A stretch of DNA of 64,000 bases, taken from an archaeon (GTDB lineage: Archaea > Hydrothermarchaeota > Hydrothermarchaeia > JALTZZ01). The stretch covers positions 4,870 through 68,869 of the forward strand of contig JALTZZ010000035.1 in the NCBI GenBank assembly GCA_027051165.1, read 5' to 3'. Shown in pieces: positions 39,501 through 51,917 of this stretch; the stretch's first letter is position 1, and each line of letters opens with the position of its first letter. The notes beneath the pieces were generated by a model. It was given only the letters and a program-made list of their open reading frames with translations. It made no database searches and was not told where the DNA came from. The position numbers and the translations under genes are program-made.

Positions 39501-40401
39501 GCCAGAATATTCCAGACCTTCCGTAGCCTACTATGTGCAGATCAAAGTTAGCGACGTTGGTAACGTTTATTATCGTAGCAACATCATCACCTGGGTAGCA
39601 AGACGTGCAGTTCGTGGAAATCAGGAGTTCTATCGGGCTTCTCACGTTTATATTTATTTCATCGCTTCCGAAGAAGACGCCTCTGCTTGTGTATGCCTTT
39701 ATTGTTAGCGAGCCTACTGAGTATTCGTTGTCAAGTGCTACGACAACGCTTGCGTTTCCGCTTGCATCTGTTGTGGCGTATAGAGTTTCTACGCCCGTAT
39801 CGAAGGTTACGTTGAAGCCAGAAGCATTGGTTCCGTTTCCATATTCTACGTGAGCTGTAAGCGTTATATTATCGCTTAGGAACGGCAAGGAGTTGCTCAC
39901 ATATAGCTCAAGCACGAGGTTGGCTACGGTTAAGTTTCTATCAGAAAATCTGCTTGCGTTCTCGCTTGCATAGCTTAAGTTTGCTAAGATAGCGTAGACT
40001 CCAGCACCTAATTCGCTCGTGTTGAACTCCACTTCTACGTTCTTCTTGGAGAATCCGCCTATCGTTGTTTGGGAGCTGTATATTCTGTGCCACGTTCCGT
40101 TGAATGCGTATAGCGTTAGGTTTGCATTCTGAGCAGCGCCGAGGTTTGTAATGCTTATGCTGGCTGTAACGTTTTCTCCGAGTTTAACAGCATGCTCGCT
40201 CAGCTTGACGCTTTCTATTCCGATCTGCTCCAAAATAAAGCTTGTTTCGTTTTCTATGCTGTATTCAGTATCTCCCGTCCTGTTGACGCTTCTGAAGAGT
40301 ATCTTAACCTTAGCCACGTTTGTTCCGTTTGTTCCCATTTCAGCTAAGCTTGTGTTCCATGAGCCTATGCTTATAGATAGGCTTTCACCAGGCTTTAGCA
40401 A
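33589..40401 (-). CDS. Giant cell-surface glycoprotein, C-terminal part (Ig/CARDB-like repeats, poly-Gly linker, CWB2-like repeats)
   Basis: Many N-x-S/T sequons; GGGGGGG; LARGD..AD, GGEKAIS and WGETRYETAVELA motifs. Confidence 0.8.
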   Translation of the reverse strand: MLKPGESLSISIGSWNTSLAEMGTNGTNVAKVKILFRSVNRTGDTEYSIENETSFILEQIGIESVKLSEHAVKLGENVTASISITNLGAAQNANLTLYAFNGTWHRIYSSQTTIGGFSKKNVEVEFNTSELGAGVYAILANLSYASENASRFSDRNLTVANLVLELYVSNSLPFLSDNITLTAHVEYGNGTNASGFNVTFDTGVETLYATTDASGNASVVVALDNEYSVGSLTIKAYTSRGVFFGSDEININVRSPIELLISTNCTSCYPGDDVATIINVTNVANFDLHIVGYGRSGIFWRGYEQVNSSYSITVDEFLQINKSVLKEISPWNAENARYGTYGINTIVAYVIFERDGINYTIENTTTFTLEKAGIIGIEIPEGVEEGSNATIKVLVKNIGERMNATLTLYVNSSSHGERNVILPAFSVTEHEFSLALASGTYSIAANLSYDGRASYRFGGTLTVVKGLKTTAEIVERMFSCLSYYIPGEKVTYTYFRNVSDPKDYKVTFKVIKNNIIYYEVDAVYKDGLWYKTDIIPNIPYYVEGNFSLYAYVYYKNSLIGISYPKEITILHPVELLSFSMEKKFVNYGDKNSFSLEVKNRVETSNVTCLAYFLGLNASIIYQVVDRSGRTLEFSTDEKLIKPNTTEFFTFVWDTANSIIDQNHSVFIRIKYRNPYFEIENSRGATVDHILPEFMKMFYVNPITVDLLVTKDNLAVKEVSNESGNVTIVPYVINLGYFNITVNISVEVFKNGVENVKNISWSEISLRRYGKPTTTIFSGENLTIDPDAKNYTFVVNVSYINPDNLKFVTFTFEKVLKVYPEIKLAGFDIYVNGVKVFKEDLYNSVIEQKNRFRINYTAVNMQDIDITGEIKAELYKVRRVLDKNRGVFVFIEEGLLAENSENITVYNKSYRNGFIDIIKDITNPKWSDLYSSDGVRVKVYFNDAVYFDDILVSPAFIEFKEPESEDILRNGMLIAVYLRNMTTNNLLSGKSVSYKIWDGKGRIIAEGTLSENNYLSGLYEGYVELKSVAIEEGDVILEVSASIDGKDVWKYAKLRFEHLIDVEVNTKGVAYPGESIYINFSISANSTVKLKELAYRVKFFTDIQPGSEGTVILNRYLHEDEVYNISKLWKLESLINGSHGANVIEYELKYADANESYTTVLEGGKNIILERAGILSIDMPEKTFVNMSTEVNVTLINIAPELDANLSLYVCNITCTNVETKAVKMPSYSTKREGFLITFDSPGVYRIKVELKYGISSAEKEMFINVSEKPIGISSMRTSLSELAYGVAMKIYINMFSETEKNVKLVLEILNSTNSTIGIIAEENFNILGSVYKEYSWDGRIAGYYLPTGAYTLRAKLVEGNNVVDYITKGIEIVNLSIVDIIINQSLINGEAADIKVKLKNEGYTTINYGNITISITRGGTLYKIFNPEENPNLRFENTPLNGEMDYEVTWIVGDHNQNPIPLGNYTVVAKVSYGGISKEFSKTIEIVPGVVKGTIAVEPSVVYPFVNFTVKVNITNKENRNVSIMNVTLIPPKDKFVYIYDQVKFTTPKILSPNETITVNWTAFTNETGVISGFNVRLLYNNITIDPSGGNVVVVPNVNLSIEAPEKYPVNADFRLKAYINVSNIGIKNATIEIILPSNISGENTSKSLGELSIGSYVEEFTLKANWTGNYTINATLSYLIERAIGGEIIRGSYTVHASTNITIVYSNEPWLIIYVDAPKYWVVNKSLNMGIIVKNGGNSSAKNLTLSLVSGVKNESRHLDKLDYLESWNETFSLIFASRGNYTLLFKVNASNANETNESVGLHVLNHTKINITKIDVYGKLEVGESVVVSVNVENIESEIAKECYIKLINFGAQSTDIQPKTTKTINFTVNLPNENSVTFTAEASCINAEKVSKSITVAISGYQPAVGGGGGGGAAPAPRKIEEFTVESGINTVNAKFMKLFIKEYKLEDKTFYKAPISVYPILALMDKPVFAEGIEAKDIIEIDGDVYEVANKMILEKFRYSGTVVLARGDIPADAVAAIAFAKISRYPIILTKPDELVSSALLAIDEISPMKVIIVGGEKAISKEVENYLRERYEVERIWGETRYETAVELAKAYKKKKLDLKVIVVTDGRNISTRAVLISEYMNAPIIYVKDSVPKSVLGFLKDNRVDKSRKPIKIIAVDISDTAKRQISEIFADILPTEVEVIVENLDDDDLYVDVFVNKYSKTMLVKSKGTKNYGVFKIRDKEITVKARWLDPDLFEEKLLEKTVTIKAEPGKRKVVWIRINRN

Positions 40402-40419
40402 GATGTCTCTAGTCTTGAG

Positions 40420-43400
40420 CTACTCGTCATATCTCTGGGCTAAGTATCCTTGCCAGTATATGCCAGATATCTCGGATCTGTCTATCTTAACCGCAAAGGG
40501 AGCGATGTTCCTTATGGTTGCGTTTATATTTACCGTATCTCCCGGCTCGTATCTGCTCCTATCAGTCCTTACTAAAACCTCTACAGGACTTCTAACCGTT
40601 ATTGTTGTTTCATTAGCACCGTAGTAGATACCAGAGGAAACCTCAGCTCTTACTCTTAAACTGCCCGTTTCATTTAAAATGACTGTTATCTTAGCCACTC
40701 CGCTTGAGTTTGTGAAGTTCTCATATACATCGCTATCTAAATAGAACTTTACAGATGTGTTATTTAAAGGAGTGCCGTTTGCATATCTAACCTCTGCAAG
40801 AGCTGTTAACCTCTCGCTGAGGAAGAATTCATTATCAACTCCTGTTTCGTTTAATGTTAGCAGATTAACGATTATATTGTTAACATGCACACTTGTTGTT
40901 TTCGTTGAATTTCTGAAAGCACCGAATTCAAACCATGCTTTTATAACCTTGTTTCCAGCTTCACTACAGCTTACGTTAAAGCTTACCTCCTTATAATAAT
41001 CAACTTCAACGTTCTTTGTCCAGCTACTGCCGCAGAAGCTGAGCGTCAGATTTCCAGTAACGTTTGTCAAGCTCTGAAGAGAAACTGTAACATTAAAGTC
41101 TTCATCTATCTTAACATACTTAGGTGAGCTTATATTTACTATGCCAGCTTCCCATATCCATATTCTCTCTGTAGATTCTGTTACTGCCGATTTTCCAGAA
41201 GTTAGATTCTGGTATTTAATCTCAACTACTACATCGTTGTATCCCTGAGTGCCGTTTATAAGATTTAAAACTTCCCAAGGAACCTCTATTCTCTCGCTTG
41301 TTCCATTTGCAATAAATTTATTTAAAGATATATTTAAAGGTAAGAACAGCTCTTTTCCCTGCTTTAACACCTTCAATGTTAATTTTTCCAGCCACAGACT
41401 TTCATCGGTAGGATTTGAAATTAATACACTTATATTTGCTGTTTCCCCAAGATAATATGAAAGTTTATCCGTTGAAACATCAGCACTTATTGGATGATCA
41501 AAGAACAGTCTTAGATGCTTCCAAAATTTACCATTTTTCTCTTTAATTTTTAGATAAACAAACCCTTCCTCTGCCGGAATCTCCTTATTAAATGAAATCT
41601 CACTGTAATACAACCCGCCCAAATCTTTAAGATCTCCCTCTGCTATAACTCTTCCTTCAGAATCCCAGACAAGATACTCTAAATTGTAACCACTTTCTGG
41701 CGTGTAATCATTGTCATTTACTATCTTCGTATAATTTCTTACATAAAGACTTATGTAGTTTTTAGATAGATTAAGCTCGGCAGGATAACTCTCAAAATCT
41801 ATGAAAAGATTCTTGTATGACCTCTCATCTAAGAGCGTATAATTTTCAAATGAAAAGTTTAATTTAACAATAAATACATCAGAATCGTAGATAACCTTAG
41901 GATTGATCTCTTCTTTGTATAAAATTACCTTATCCGTGAAGTTCCCCTGATTAACCGTTACTGGTTTTGTATAGTTTACGACATAAACACAGTTGCCTAC
42001 TAAAAAAGTTCCGTTCTGCGACTTTAACAGCTTGCACGATCTTATCTCTACAGTTAAATTTCCTTCTTTGCTGCTTCCGAGGTTTTCTATAGAGTAGTTA
42101 ACACTGAAGGTGCTTTTTCTCTTATAAATGTCATTTTCTGAGAAATCTTCAACGGAATAGTCAAATCTATTTATTTCAATTCTCATGTCCGCTGGCTTTA
42201 CATAAGAATAAACAAGAAGGGTTTTGTTGAGTGTAAAGCTTACAAGACTTTGATTAGCCTCAGGATCAGGGTTTATGTATGTAACGTTTACTTCCAGCGT
42301 ATAGTTCTTTGCATCTCCATGAAGTGAAAAGTTTTTACCCTCAAAAATCGTTAACTTTGGTATTCCATAGCGCCTTTCAGCCGTGCTGTTTATCCATGTT
42401 ACATTCCCTATGTAAAATATTCCAGAATTGTTATATTTGTAAATATTAACTGTAATGTTCATTGTTACGTTATAAAATCCTATATTGTTGACATAAGGAC
42501 GTATTGTAACATTTTCACCGGTTTTATTTGGAACACTTTCAACTTCTATATTCTTATAAAATGCCTTTATATCAACACTGATTGGATTAATATAAAATGT
42601 TTTTGTGAAATTGTAGATAAGGGTGTTGTTGTCTTGGAAAGCCTTATCCGCACCGTATACAGATGAACCCTTGCTGTTCCCGATTTCCAAATATACGTTC
42701 TCATAGTTTATTCTTATAGCTATGGTGTGGTTCTGATCTATCTGCGCATTATATGTGCTCCAATTAAATTTGAAGAACTCTGTTGTATTGGGTTTTATTG
42801 GTCTCAATTCTGTAGTATAATTTCGAATTCTACCCATTCTATCCACAATTTCATACTCTATGGTTACATTTAATCCTAAATGATACCCCAAACAGGTTGT
42901 ATCGTTTGTGTATGCTTTGTTTTTAACTACAACCAAGAATTCATTAGTTTCTCCGTAGTTAAGCGTTTTCTTTGACATGTTGAATTTTAAAAGTTCTACA
43001 GGATGCTCTATTCTTATCACTGTTGTATTTAATGATTCGGATGTGCTATTTTTAATCACTGCCTCCAAAATGAAATCACCTTCAATGTAGTATGGTATAT
43101 TCGGTATCTCTCCACTATAGAACCAAACACCCTTATTCTCATCATATTCCGCTGGATACTCATAGGTAAGCCATGTTCCATGAATAAGATCGAATTTCTT
43201 TATTATAAACTCTACAGTATATCCCCCTGACGGAGGTGATGCATTTACCTCTAATCGAACATTTTCACCGGGAACGTAAAATCCAAAAGCGGGATTGCAT
43301 GCGAATTGTCTTGCAGATATGTAGGGTTCATTTATATACATGGCATGCACATTAGCTATGAGAAGCATTATAGCAAAAAATATGAATAATATGGTAATGT

Positions 43401-43422
43401 TTATACTTCTCCCCTTTTCCAT
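40420..43422 (-). CDS. Giant cell-surface glycoprotein, N-terminal part with signal peptide; in frame with 33589..40401 across one TAG
   Basis: Signal peptide ending ANVHA; junction reads YDE-TAG-LKTRDI-LLKPG. Confidence 0.8.
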   Translation of the reverse strand: MEKGRSINITILFIFFAIMLLIANVHAMYINEPYISARQFACNPAFGFYVPGENVRLEVNASPPSGGYTVEFIIKKFDLIHGTWLTYEYPAEYDENKGVWFYSGEIPNIPYYIEGDFILEAVIKNSTSESLNTTVIRIEHPVELLKFNMSKKTLNYGETNEFLVVVKNKAYTNDTTCLGYHLGLNVTIEYEIVDRMGRIRNYTTELRPIKPNTTEFFKFNWSTYNAQIDQNHTIAIRINYENVYLEIGNSKGSSVYGADKAFQDNNTLIYNFTKTFYINPISVDIKAFYKNIEVESVPNKTGENVTIRPYVNNIGFYNVTMNITVNIYKYNNSGIFYIGNVTWINSTAERRYGIPKLTIFEGKNFSLHGDAKNYTLEVNVTYINPDPEANQSLVSFTLNKTLLVYSYVKPADMRIEINRFDYSVEDFSENDIYKRKSTFSVNYSIENLGSSKEGNLTVEIRSCKLLKSQNGTFLVGNCVYVVNYTKPVTVNQGNFTDKVILYKEEINPKVIYDSDVFIVKLNFSFENYTLLDERSYKNLFIDFESYPAELNLSKNYISLYVRNYTKIVNDNDYTPESGYNLEYLVWDSEGRVIAEGDLKDLGGLYYSEISFNKEIPAEEGFVYLKIKEKNGKFWKHLRLFFDHPISADVSTDKLSYYLGETANISVLISNPTDESLWLEKLTLKVLKQGKELFLPLNISLNKFIANGTSERIEVPWEVLNLINGTQGYNDVVVEIKYQNLTSGKSAVTESTERIWIWEAGIVNISSPKYVKIDEDFNVTVSLQSLTNVTGNLTLSFCGSSWTKNVEVDYYKEVSFNVSCSEAGNKVIKAWFEFGAFRNSTKTTSVHVNNIIVNLLTLNETGVDNEFFLSERLTALAEVRYANGTPLNNTSVKFYLDSDVYENFTNSSGVAKITVILNETGSLRVRAEVSSGIYYGANETTITVRSPVEVLVRTDRSRYEPGDTVNINATIRNIAPFAVKIDRSEISGIYWQGYLAQRYDE

Positions 43423-43513
43423 GATTATATCAAGACACTCTGCATGATATATAAATCTTATCTTTTTTCAGTTTAAAATTTGAATGTTGCAAAATGTATA
43501 ATTATGAAGTTTT

Positions 43514-44374
43514 TCACAATCTACTTCTAAAAATAAAAGCCAAATAAGGGAAAAGGAAAATTTCAAATGCAACGCAAACAATACATGGGAATGTTGCTTC
43601 TTTTCCAAAAATAGAATAGGAGAGGACTATTGCAAGTCCAAGGTTTTTATATGAAGAAAACAATGTGTAGTTTACTGCATCTCCTCTGCTTATTTTTAAA
43701 AATTTTGACAAAACATAGATCACTGTCGCTGGGACAAATGTTCTCAGAATGCATAAAAAAGAAAGAAGTATTGAGGCTTTGCTCATCAGCATTTCTCTGC
43801 TAACCCCTATAACAGAGTATATCATTAGAAAAAACATTATTTTAACCATAAATTCCTCATACTTCTCAAAATTTTTATAAAACGGTAGTCTTACTATGAT
43901 TTTTGAAACTAAAAGTGGAACAAGGATAAGATAAACAAGAGATTTGAAAATTTCGTATGAATTTATTTCGAGCATATGAGCAATGATGGGCGAGATTACT
44001 AAAGAAAATATGTATAGAAGAGCGTTTGCTATTAGAGCAGTTTTCACATCACCGCCAAGGATCCTTGAAAACGGAACTATGGCTATTGCTGGAGGAACAA
44101 CAGCCATTATATAGAAACCTTCATCACACATTGTGCATGCATACTCTTTTGCATATAGTCCAATAAGAATTATTATTCCAGAGAGAAAAGCAAAATTAAG
44201 CAAAAATATATAAAAAATTTTCTTAACTTCAAAATTTAAGTCTATTTTTATCTTTGTAACTGATAAAGTCATCGCAACAGCTAAATAAAAAATGAGATAG
44301 TCAACAAGTCTCTGTGCAAAATTTGGAAAAAGAAATCCAATCAAAATTGCAGAGAGAAAAACAACCGCACTCAT
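43514..44374 (-). CDS. Bile acid:sodium symporter-like membrane transporter
   Basis: ~9-10 TM segments; PPA and KN.GLA motifs. Confidence 0.7.
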   Translation of the reverse strand: MSAVVFLSAILIGFLFPNFAQRLVDYLIFYLAVAMTLSVTKIKIDLNFEVKKIFYIFLLNFAFLSGIIILIGLYAKEYACTMCDEGFYIMAVVPPAIAIVPFSRILGGDVKTALIANALLYIFSLVISPIIAHMLEINSYEIFKSLVYLILVPLLVSKIIVRLPFYKNFEKYEEFMVKIMFFLMIYSVIGVSREMLMSKASILLSFLCILRTFVPATVIYVLSKFLKISRGDAVNYTLFSSYKNLGLAIVLSYSIFGKEATFPCIVCVAFEIFLFPYLAFIFRSRL

Positions 44375-45409
44375 GTTAGCACTTTTTTAATTATATTTTC
44401 CGCTTTCTCTCTGGTAATCTCTATATGCTCTATAATTGTATATCTCTCTGGTTTAACTTCCTTAGCTTTTAAAACTGCCTCTACTATGTCATCTATGCTC
44501 AGTCCAAGCTCTTCAATATTACCGATATCTATCGGAGCACCTATATTCTTTGCAAAGCTCTTTACTCTTCTCCACCGTGCTTTCTGCATGTATAGAGAGA
44601 TTACTGTGGCTATTCCAACTTTTTCTCCATGAAGAGCTTTATTCTCTTTAACAATGTCCATAGCATGGGCTATTTTGTGCTCGCTACCGCTTGCGGGTCT
44701 TGAGCTGTTTGCAATGCTTATTGCCACACTGCTTGCTATCAGAGCTTTGATTATCTTCTTGAATATATCGGTATCTCCTTTTTTTATCCTTTTTATATCT
44801 CTTCCAACCTTTAAAGCTGTTTTTGCACTTAGAAGTGCAAGTTTTACAGAATATTCGCTTATTTCCTCGTTTTTTTCTTTATTGGCAAGCCTCCAGTCCC
44901 TTACTGCCGAGAACTTCGCCACAAGATCGAGAAGTCCGCTTACCGTTAATCTTATAGGAGCTTTCGATATCACTTCAAGATCCGCTACTATTGCGAGTGG
45001 AGCTTTAGCCTTTACCGATGCCGGCATTCTACCAATTCTTATCGAGGCTAATGGAGAAACAAGTCCATCGTGACTTGCTGCAGTTGGAACGCTTATATAT
45101 TCTATCCCGCACCTTGCACTTGCAAGCTTTGCAACGTCTATAACTTTACCGCCTCCGCAGGCAGCGATAAGATTTATATTTTTTGCTTTTACCGTATCTA
45201 CAACCTCGTTAACCGCAGAGATCTGTGAGCTACGAACTATTTTGTGGCGTGCTCCCAATATCTCGCACAGATCTTTCCCAGCAATTTTGTAGGTTTTTTC
45301 TCCAGATAAAACGATGATTTTTCCTTTTATTTTTAGCTTTTTTATTATTTTATCTATCTTTTTAATAGAGCCCTTTTCAACAACAACCATTCTCGGAAGC
45401 TCTATCATG

Positions 45410-45426
<17 letters not shown>
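44371..45426 (-). CDS. egsA: sn-glycerol-1-phosphate dehydrogenase
   Basis: GGGKVIDVAK, PTAASHDG, SRPASGSEH and HGE.VG motifs. Confidence 0.9.
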
Positions 45427-48718
<3,292 letters not shown>

Positions 48719-48729
48719 GGTGATGCTGT

Positions 48730-49404
48730 ATGAGGAGAAATCCTGCAAAAAAACTGTGGATAAAAGATATCGTTAATGCAGAGTTTCACAGAGGAACGGA
48801 TGCAAACTATATAGTAACGCCTCTTGGCGAAAGAGCAACGAGAGTTAGAGTCCTCGCTACCGTTGTTGATAAGAGGATCGGCGAAAAGGTTGGACATATA
48901 CTCTTAGATGATGCAACGGAAACTATAAGGGTTAGGGCTTTTAATGAACAGATAGAGCTTATAGCCAAAGTAAATGTTGGAGATATTGTTGAAGTTATTG
49001 GGAAGGTTAAGGAATATGACAACGAGATATACATAAACCCAGAGATAGTTCGTGTTGTAAACGATCCAAACTACGAGCTTTTAAGGAGGCTTGAACTAAC
49101 TATAAAAGATTATGAACTTAAAAAGAAGCTTAAAGAGGAGAAAGAAGTATGGACAATAAAAGAAGAGAAAATTGAGAAATCCCCGAGAGAGGAGCCTAAG
49201 GAGGAGTATGAAGATAGAATGGAACAGTTAAAAATGATTGTTTTAAACCTTATTGAGGAGCTTGATACTGGTGATGGAGTCAAATATATTACCCTCCTTG
49301 AAAAAACAAAATTAAGTGAAGAAGAACTTGAAGACGTGCTTACAGAGCTTATGAACGAGGGAAGCATATACGAACCCACTCTTGGTAGATTTAAGAGGGT
49401 TTAA
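48730..49404 (+). CDS. RPA32-like OB-fold protein with a C-terminal winged helix
   Basis: RVRV.ATVV, LDD.T and EG.IYEP motifs. Confidence 0.8.
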   Translation: MRRNPAKKLWIKDIVNAEFHRGTDANYIVTPLGERATRVRVLATVVDKRIGEKVGHILLDDATETIRVRAFNEQIELIAKVNVGDIVEVIGKVKEYDNEIYINPEIVRVVNDPNYELLRRLELTIKDYELKKKLKEEKEVWTIKEEKIEKSPREEPKEEYEDRMEQLKMIVLNLIEELDTGDGVKYITLLEKTKLSEEELEDVLTELMNEGSIYEPTLGRFKRV

Positions 49405-49451
49405 CAAAACATTACGCTGTTAAATACAGACCAATAATTAGAGGGAACACA

Positions 49452-49745
49452 ATGTTTTATACCAAGATATACAGAGTTCAAGGCGAGGTTATAGTTGCAA
49501 TATGCGATAAAGAGCTACTTGGCAAAAGATTTGAGGAAGGAGAGATAGTAATTGATGTAAAAAAGGATTTTTATGGAGGATCGCTTATAGGTAGGGATGA
49601 TGCTATAAGGCTTCTTGAAGAGGGAACAATAATAAACCTTGTCGGAAAGAAAATTGTTTCAATAGCGATAGAAATAGGTCTCGTTGATAAAGAAAATGTG
49701 CTTGTAGTTAAGGATGTTCCCCATGCACAAGTTTATAAAATATAA
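49452..49745 (+). CDS. DUF424 family protein
   Basis: [24 protein letters not shown]. Confidence 0.85.
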   Translation: MFYTKIYRVQGEVIVAICDKELLGKRFEEGEIVIDVKKDFYGGSLIGRDDAIRLLEEGTIINLVGKKIVSIAIEIGLVDKENVLVVKDVPHAQVYKI

Positions 49746-49756
49746 GAGGTAAAGAT

Positions 49757-50935
49757 ATGGCTGTAAAAGGAAGATTCGGCAGGTTTGGTGGTCTATACAT
49801 ACCAGAGGTTCTTATGCCAGCCGTAGAAGAGCTTGCAGAGGCTTATGAAAGGTATAAGGATGATGAAGAGTTTAAAAGGGAACTCGACTACTATTTAAAG
49901 CACTACGTTGGAAGACCAACACCGCTTACCTTTTGCAAAAATCTAAGCAAAGACCTCGGATTCAAGGTTTATCTTAAGAGAGAAGACTTAGCTCATACGG
50001 GTGCTCATAAAATAAACAACACAATAGCACAAGCTCTTTTAGCTAAAAAAATGGGGAAAAAAAGAATTATCGCAGAAACTGGTGCTGGACAGCATGGAGT
50101 AGCAACTGCAACCGCAGCGAGAGCTCTGAATCTAAAGTGCGAAATATACATGGGTGCTAAGGATATTGAAAGGCAGAAAATGAATGTTTTCAGAATGAAG
50201 CTTCTTGGAGCTAAGGTAAATCCCGTTTATAGTGGAACACAAACACTAAAAGATGCCATAAACGAGGCTCTAAGAGATTGGATAACAAACGTAAGAACAA
50301 CACACTATCTGCTTGGCTCCGTGTTAGGTCCGCATCCCTACCCAACGATGATAAGGGACTTTCAAAGCATCATAGGAAGGGAAACCAAGGAGCAAATACT
50401 CAAGGCTGAAGGGAGACTTCCAACTGCAATAGTAGCATGCGTAGGCGGAGGCTCAAATGCAATAGGCATATTCTATCCGTTTATAGAAGATACCGAGGTG
50501 GAGCTCATTGGAGTTGAAGCCGGTGGAAAGGGTATAGAAAGCGATAAGCACGCCGCAAGATTTGCAAGCGGAAGAGAGGGCGTTCTGCACGGGACATATA
50601 CCTTTGTCCTTCAGGATAGATACGGACAGATAAAGGGAACGCACAGCATCGCAGCAGGCTTAGACTATCCAGCCGTTGGACCGGAGCATGCCTTTTTAAG
50701 AGAAATTGGTAGAGCCAAATATTACTACGCCACAGATGAGGAAGCTGTGGAAGCTTTTAAGATATTATCGGAAAAAGAGGGGATTATACCAGCATTAGAA
50801 AGTGCACATGCTTTAGCTTGGGCTTTGAATAATGCTGATAAATTTGACAAAAACGATGTTGTTATTATTAATTTATCTGGAAGAGGAGATAAAGACTTGG
50901 AAATCGTTGCAAAATTTCTGGAAAAGAATGAATAA
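49757..50935 (+). CDS. trpB: Tryptophan synthase beta chain (TrpB1 type)
   Basis: [37 protein letters not shown]. Confidence 0.96.
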   Translation: MAVKGRFGRFGGLYIPEVLMPAVEELAEAYERYKDDEEFKRELDYYLKHYVGRPTPLTFCKNLSKDLGFKVYLKREDLAHTGAHKINNTIAQALLAKKMGKKRIIAETGAGQHGVATATAARALNLKCEIYMGAKDIERQKMNVFRMKLLGAKVNPVYSGTQTLKDAINEALRDWITNVRTTHYLLGSVLGPHPYPTMIRDFQSIIGRETKEQILKAEGRLPTAIVACVGGGSNAIGIFYPFIEDTEVELIGVEAGGKGIESDKHAARFASGREGVLHGTYTFVLQDRYGQIKGTHSIAAGLDYPAVGPEHAFLREIGRAKYYYATDEEAVEAFKILSEKEGIIPALESAHALAWALNNADKFDKNDVVIINLSGRGDKDLEIVAKFLEKNE

Positions 50936-51002
50936 CCAATAACTCTATTTTTCGATTTTCTAAAATTTCGAAAATATGTTAAAAAATTTTCTTAACATTT
51001 GT

Positions 51003-51917
51003 ATGAAACTTACTCCGGTGCAGAGGGAGATTCTTATTACACTGGTAGATCTGTATCATAAAACAAAGGAGGCTGTAAAGGGGGAGGACATCGCAGAGAT
51101 TATTAAGAAAAACCCCGGAACAATAAGAAATCAGATGCAAAGCTTAAGAAGCATGGGGCTTGTTGAAGGTGTTCCGGGTCCAAAAGGTGGCTATAAGCCT
51201 ACTGCTGAGTGCTACAGGGTTTTAAACATAGAACCATGTGACCATGAAGAATACGTTCCCTTCTATGTAAACTCCGTTCCAATGGAAGACATAAAAGTTG
51301 TAGGGATCTCTCTTCCAGACATCCCGCATCCAAACATGTGCAGAGCAAGTATACAAGTTTTAGGTAATACAAAGAAAATAAATGTCGGAGATATTATTAG
51401 AATAGGACCAACGCCAGTAAACAAGCTTATAATAAGGGGAAGGGTAATAGGAAGGGACGATATAGACAACATACTTTTAATAGATATCTTGGAGATTATA
51501 AGCATACCAAAAGAAAAGGTTAAAGAAGTCGCAACAATGAGCTTAAAGACTTTAAGCCCAGATATAACAATAAGAGAGGCGGCTAAGATAATAAGCGATG
51601 AAAACATAAGTGGAATGCCTGTTGTAGAAAAAGGAAAAGCTGTTGGTATAATAACAACAACTGATATAACAAGGGCTTTAGCTGAGGGAAAAGAAGATTC
51701 TAAGGTTAAAGAAATTATGAGCAAAAAAGTTTATACAATAAATGAAAATGCAATGCTTGCAGAAGCTATTGAAAAAATGGAAAACAAAAATGTGGGAAGG
51801 CTTGTTGTTACAAATGATAGGAATGAGATTGTTGGAATAATAACAAGAACTGATATAATATGTCGTATGGCAAGAATCTTCAGAGACGTTAAGCAACCAA
51901 AGCTTATCACTGTATGA
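51003..51917 (+). CDS. HrcA-like HTH / CBS-domain transcriptional regulator (COG2524)
   Basis: NPGTIRNQMQSL, GVPGPKGGY and two CBS domains. Confidence 0.88.
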   Translation: MKLTPVQREILITLVDLYHKTKEAVKGEDIAEIIKKNPGTIRNQMQSLRSMGLVEGVPGPKGGYKPTAECYRVLNIEPCDHEEYVPFYVNSVPMEDIKVVGISLPDIPHPNMCRASIQVLGNTKKINVGDIIRIGPTPVNKLIIRGRVIGRDDIDNILLIDILEIISIPKEKVKEVATMSLKTLSPDITIREAAKIISDENISGMPVVEKGKAVGIITTTDITRALAEGKEDSKVKEIMSKKVYTINENAMLAEAIEKMENKNVGRLVVTNDRNEIVGIITRTDIICRMARIFRDVKQPKLITV

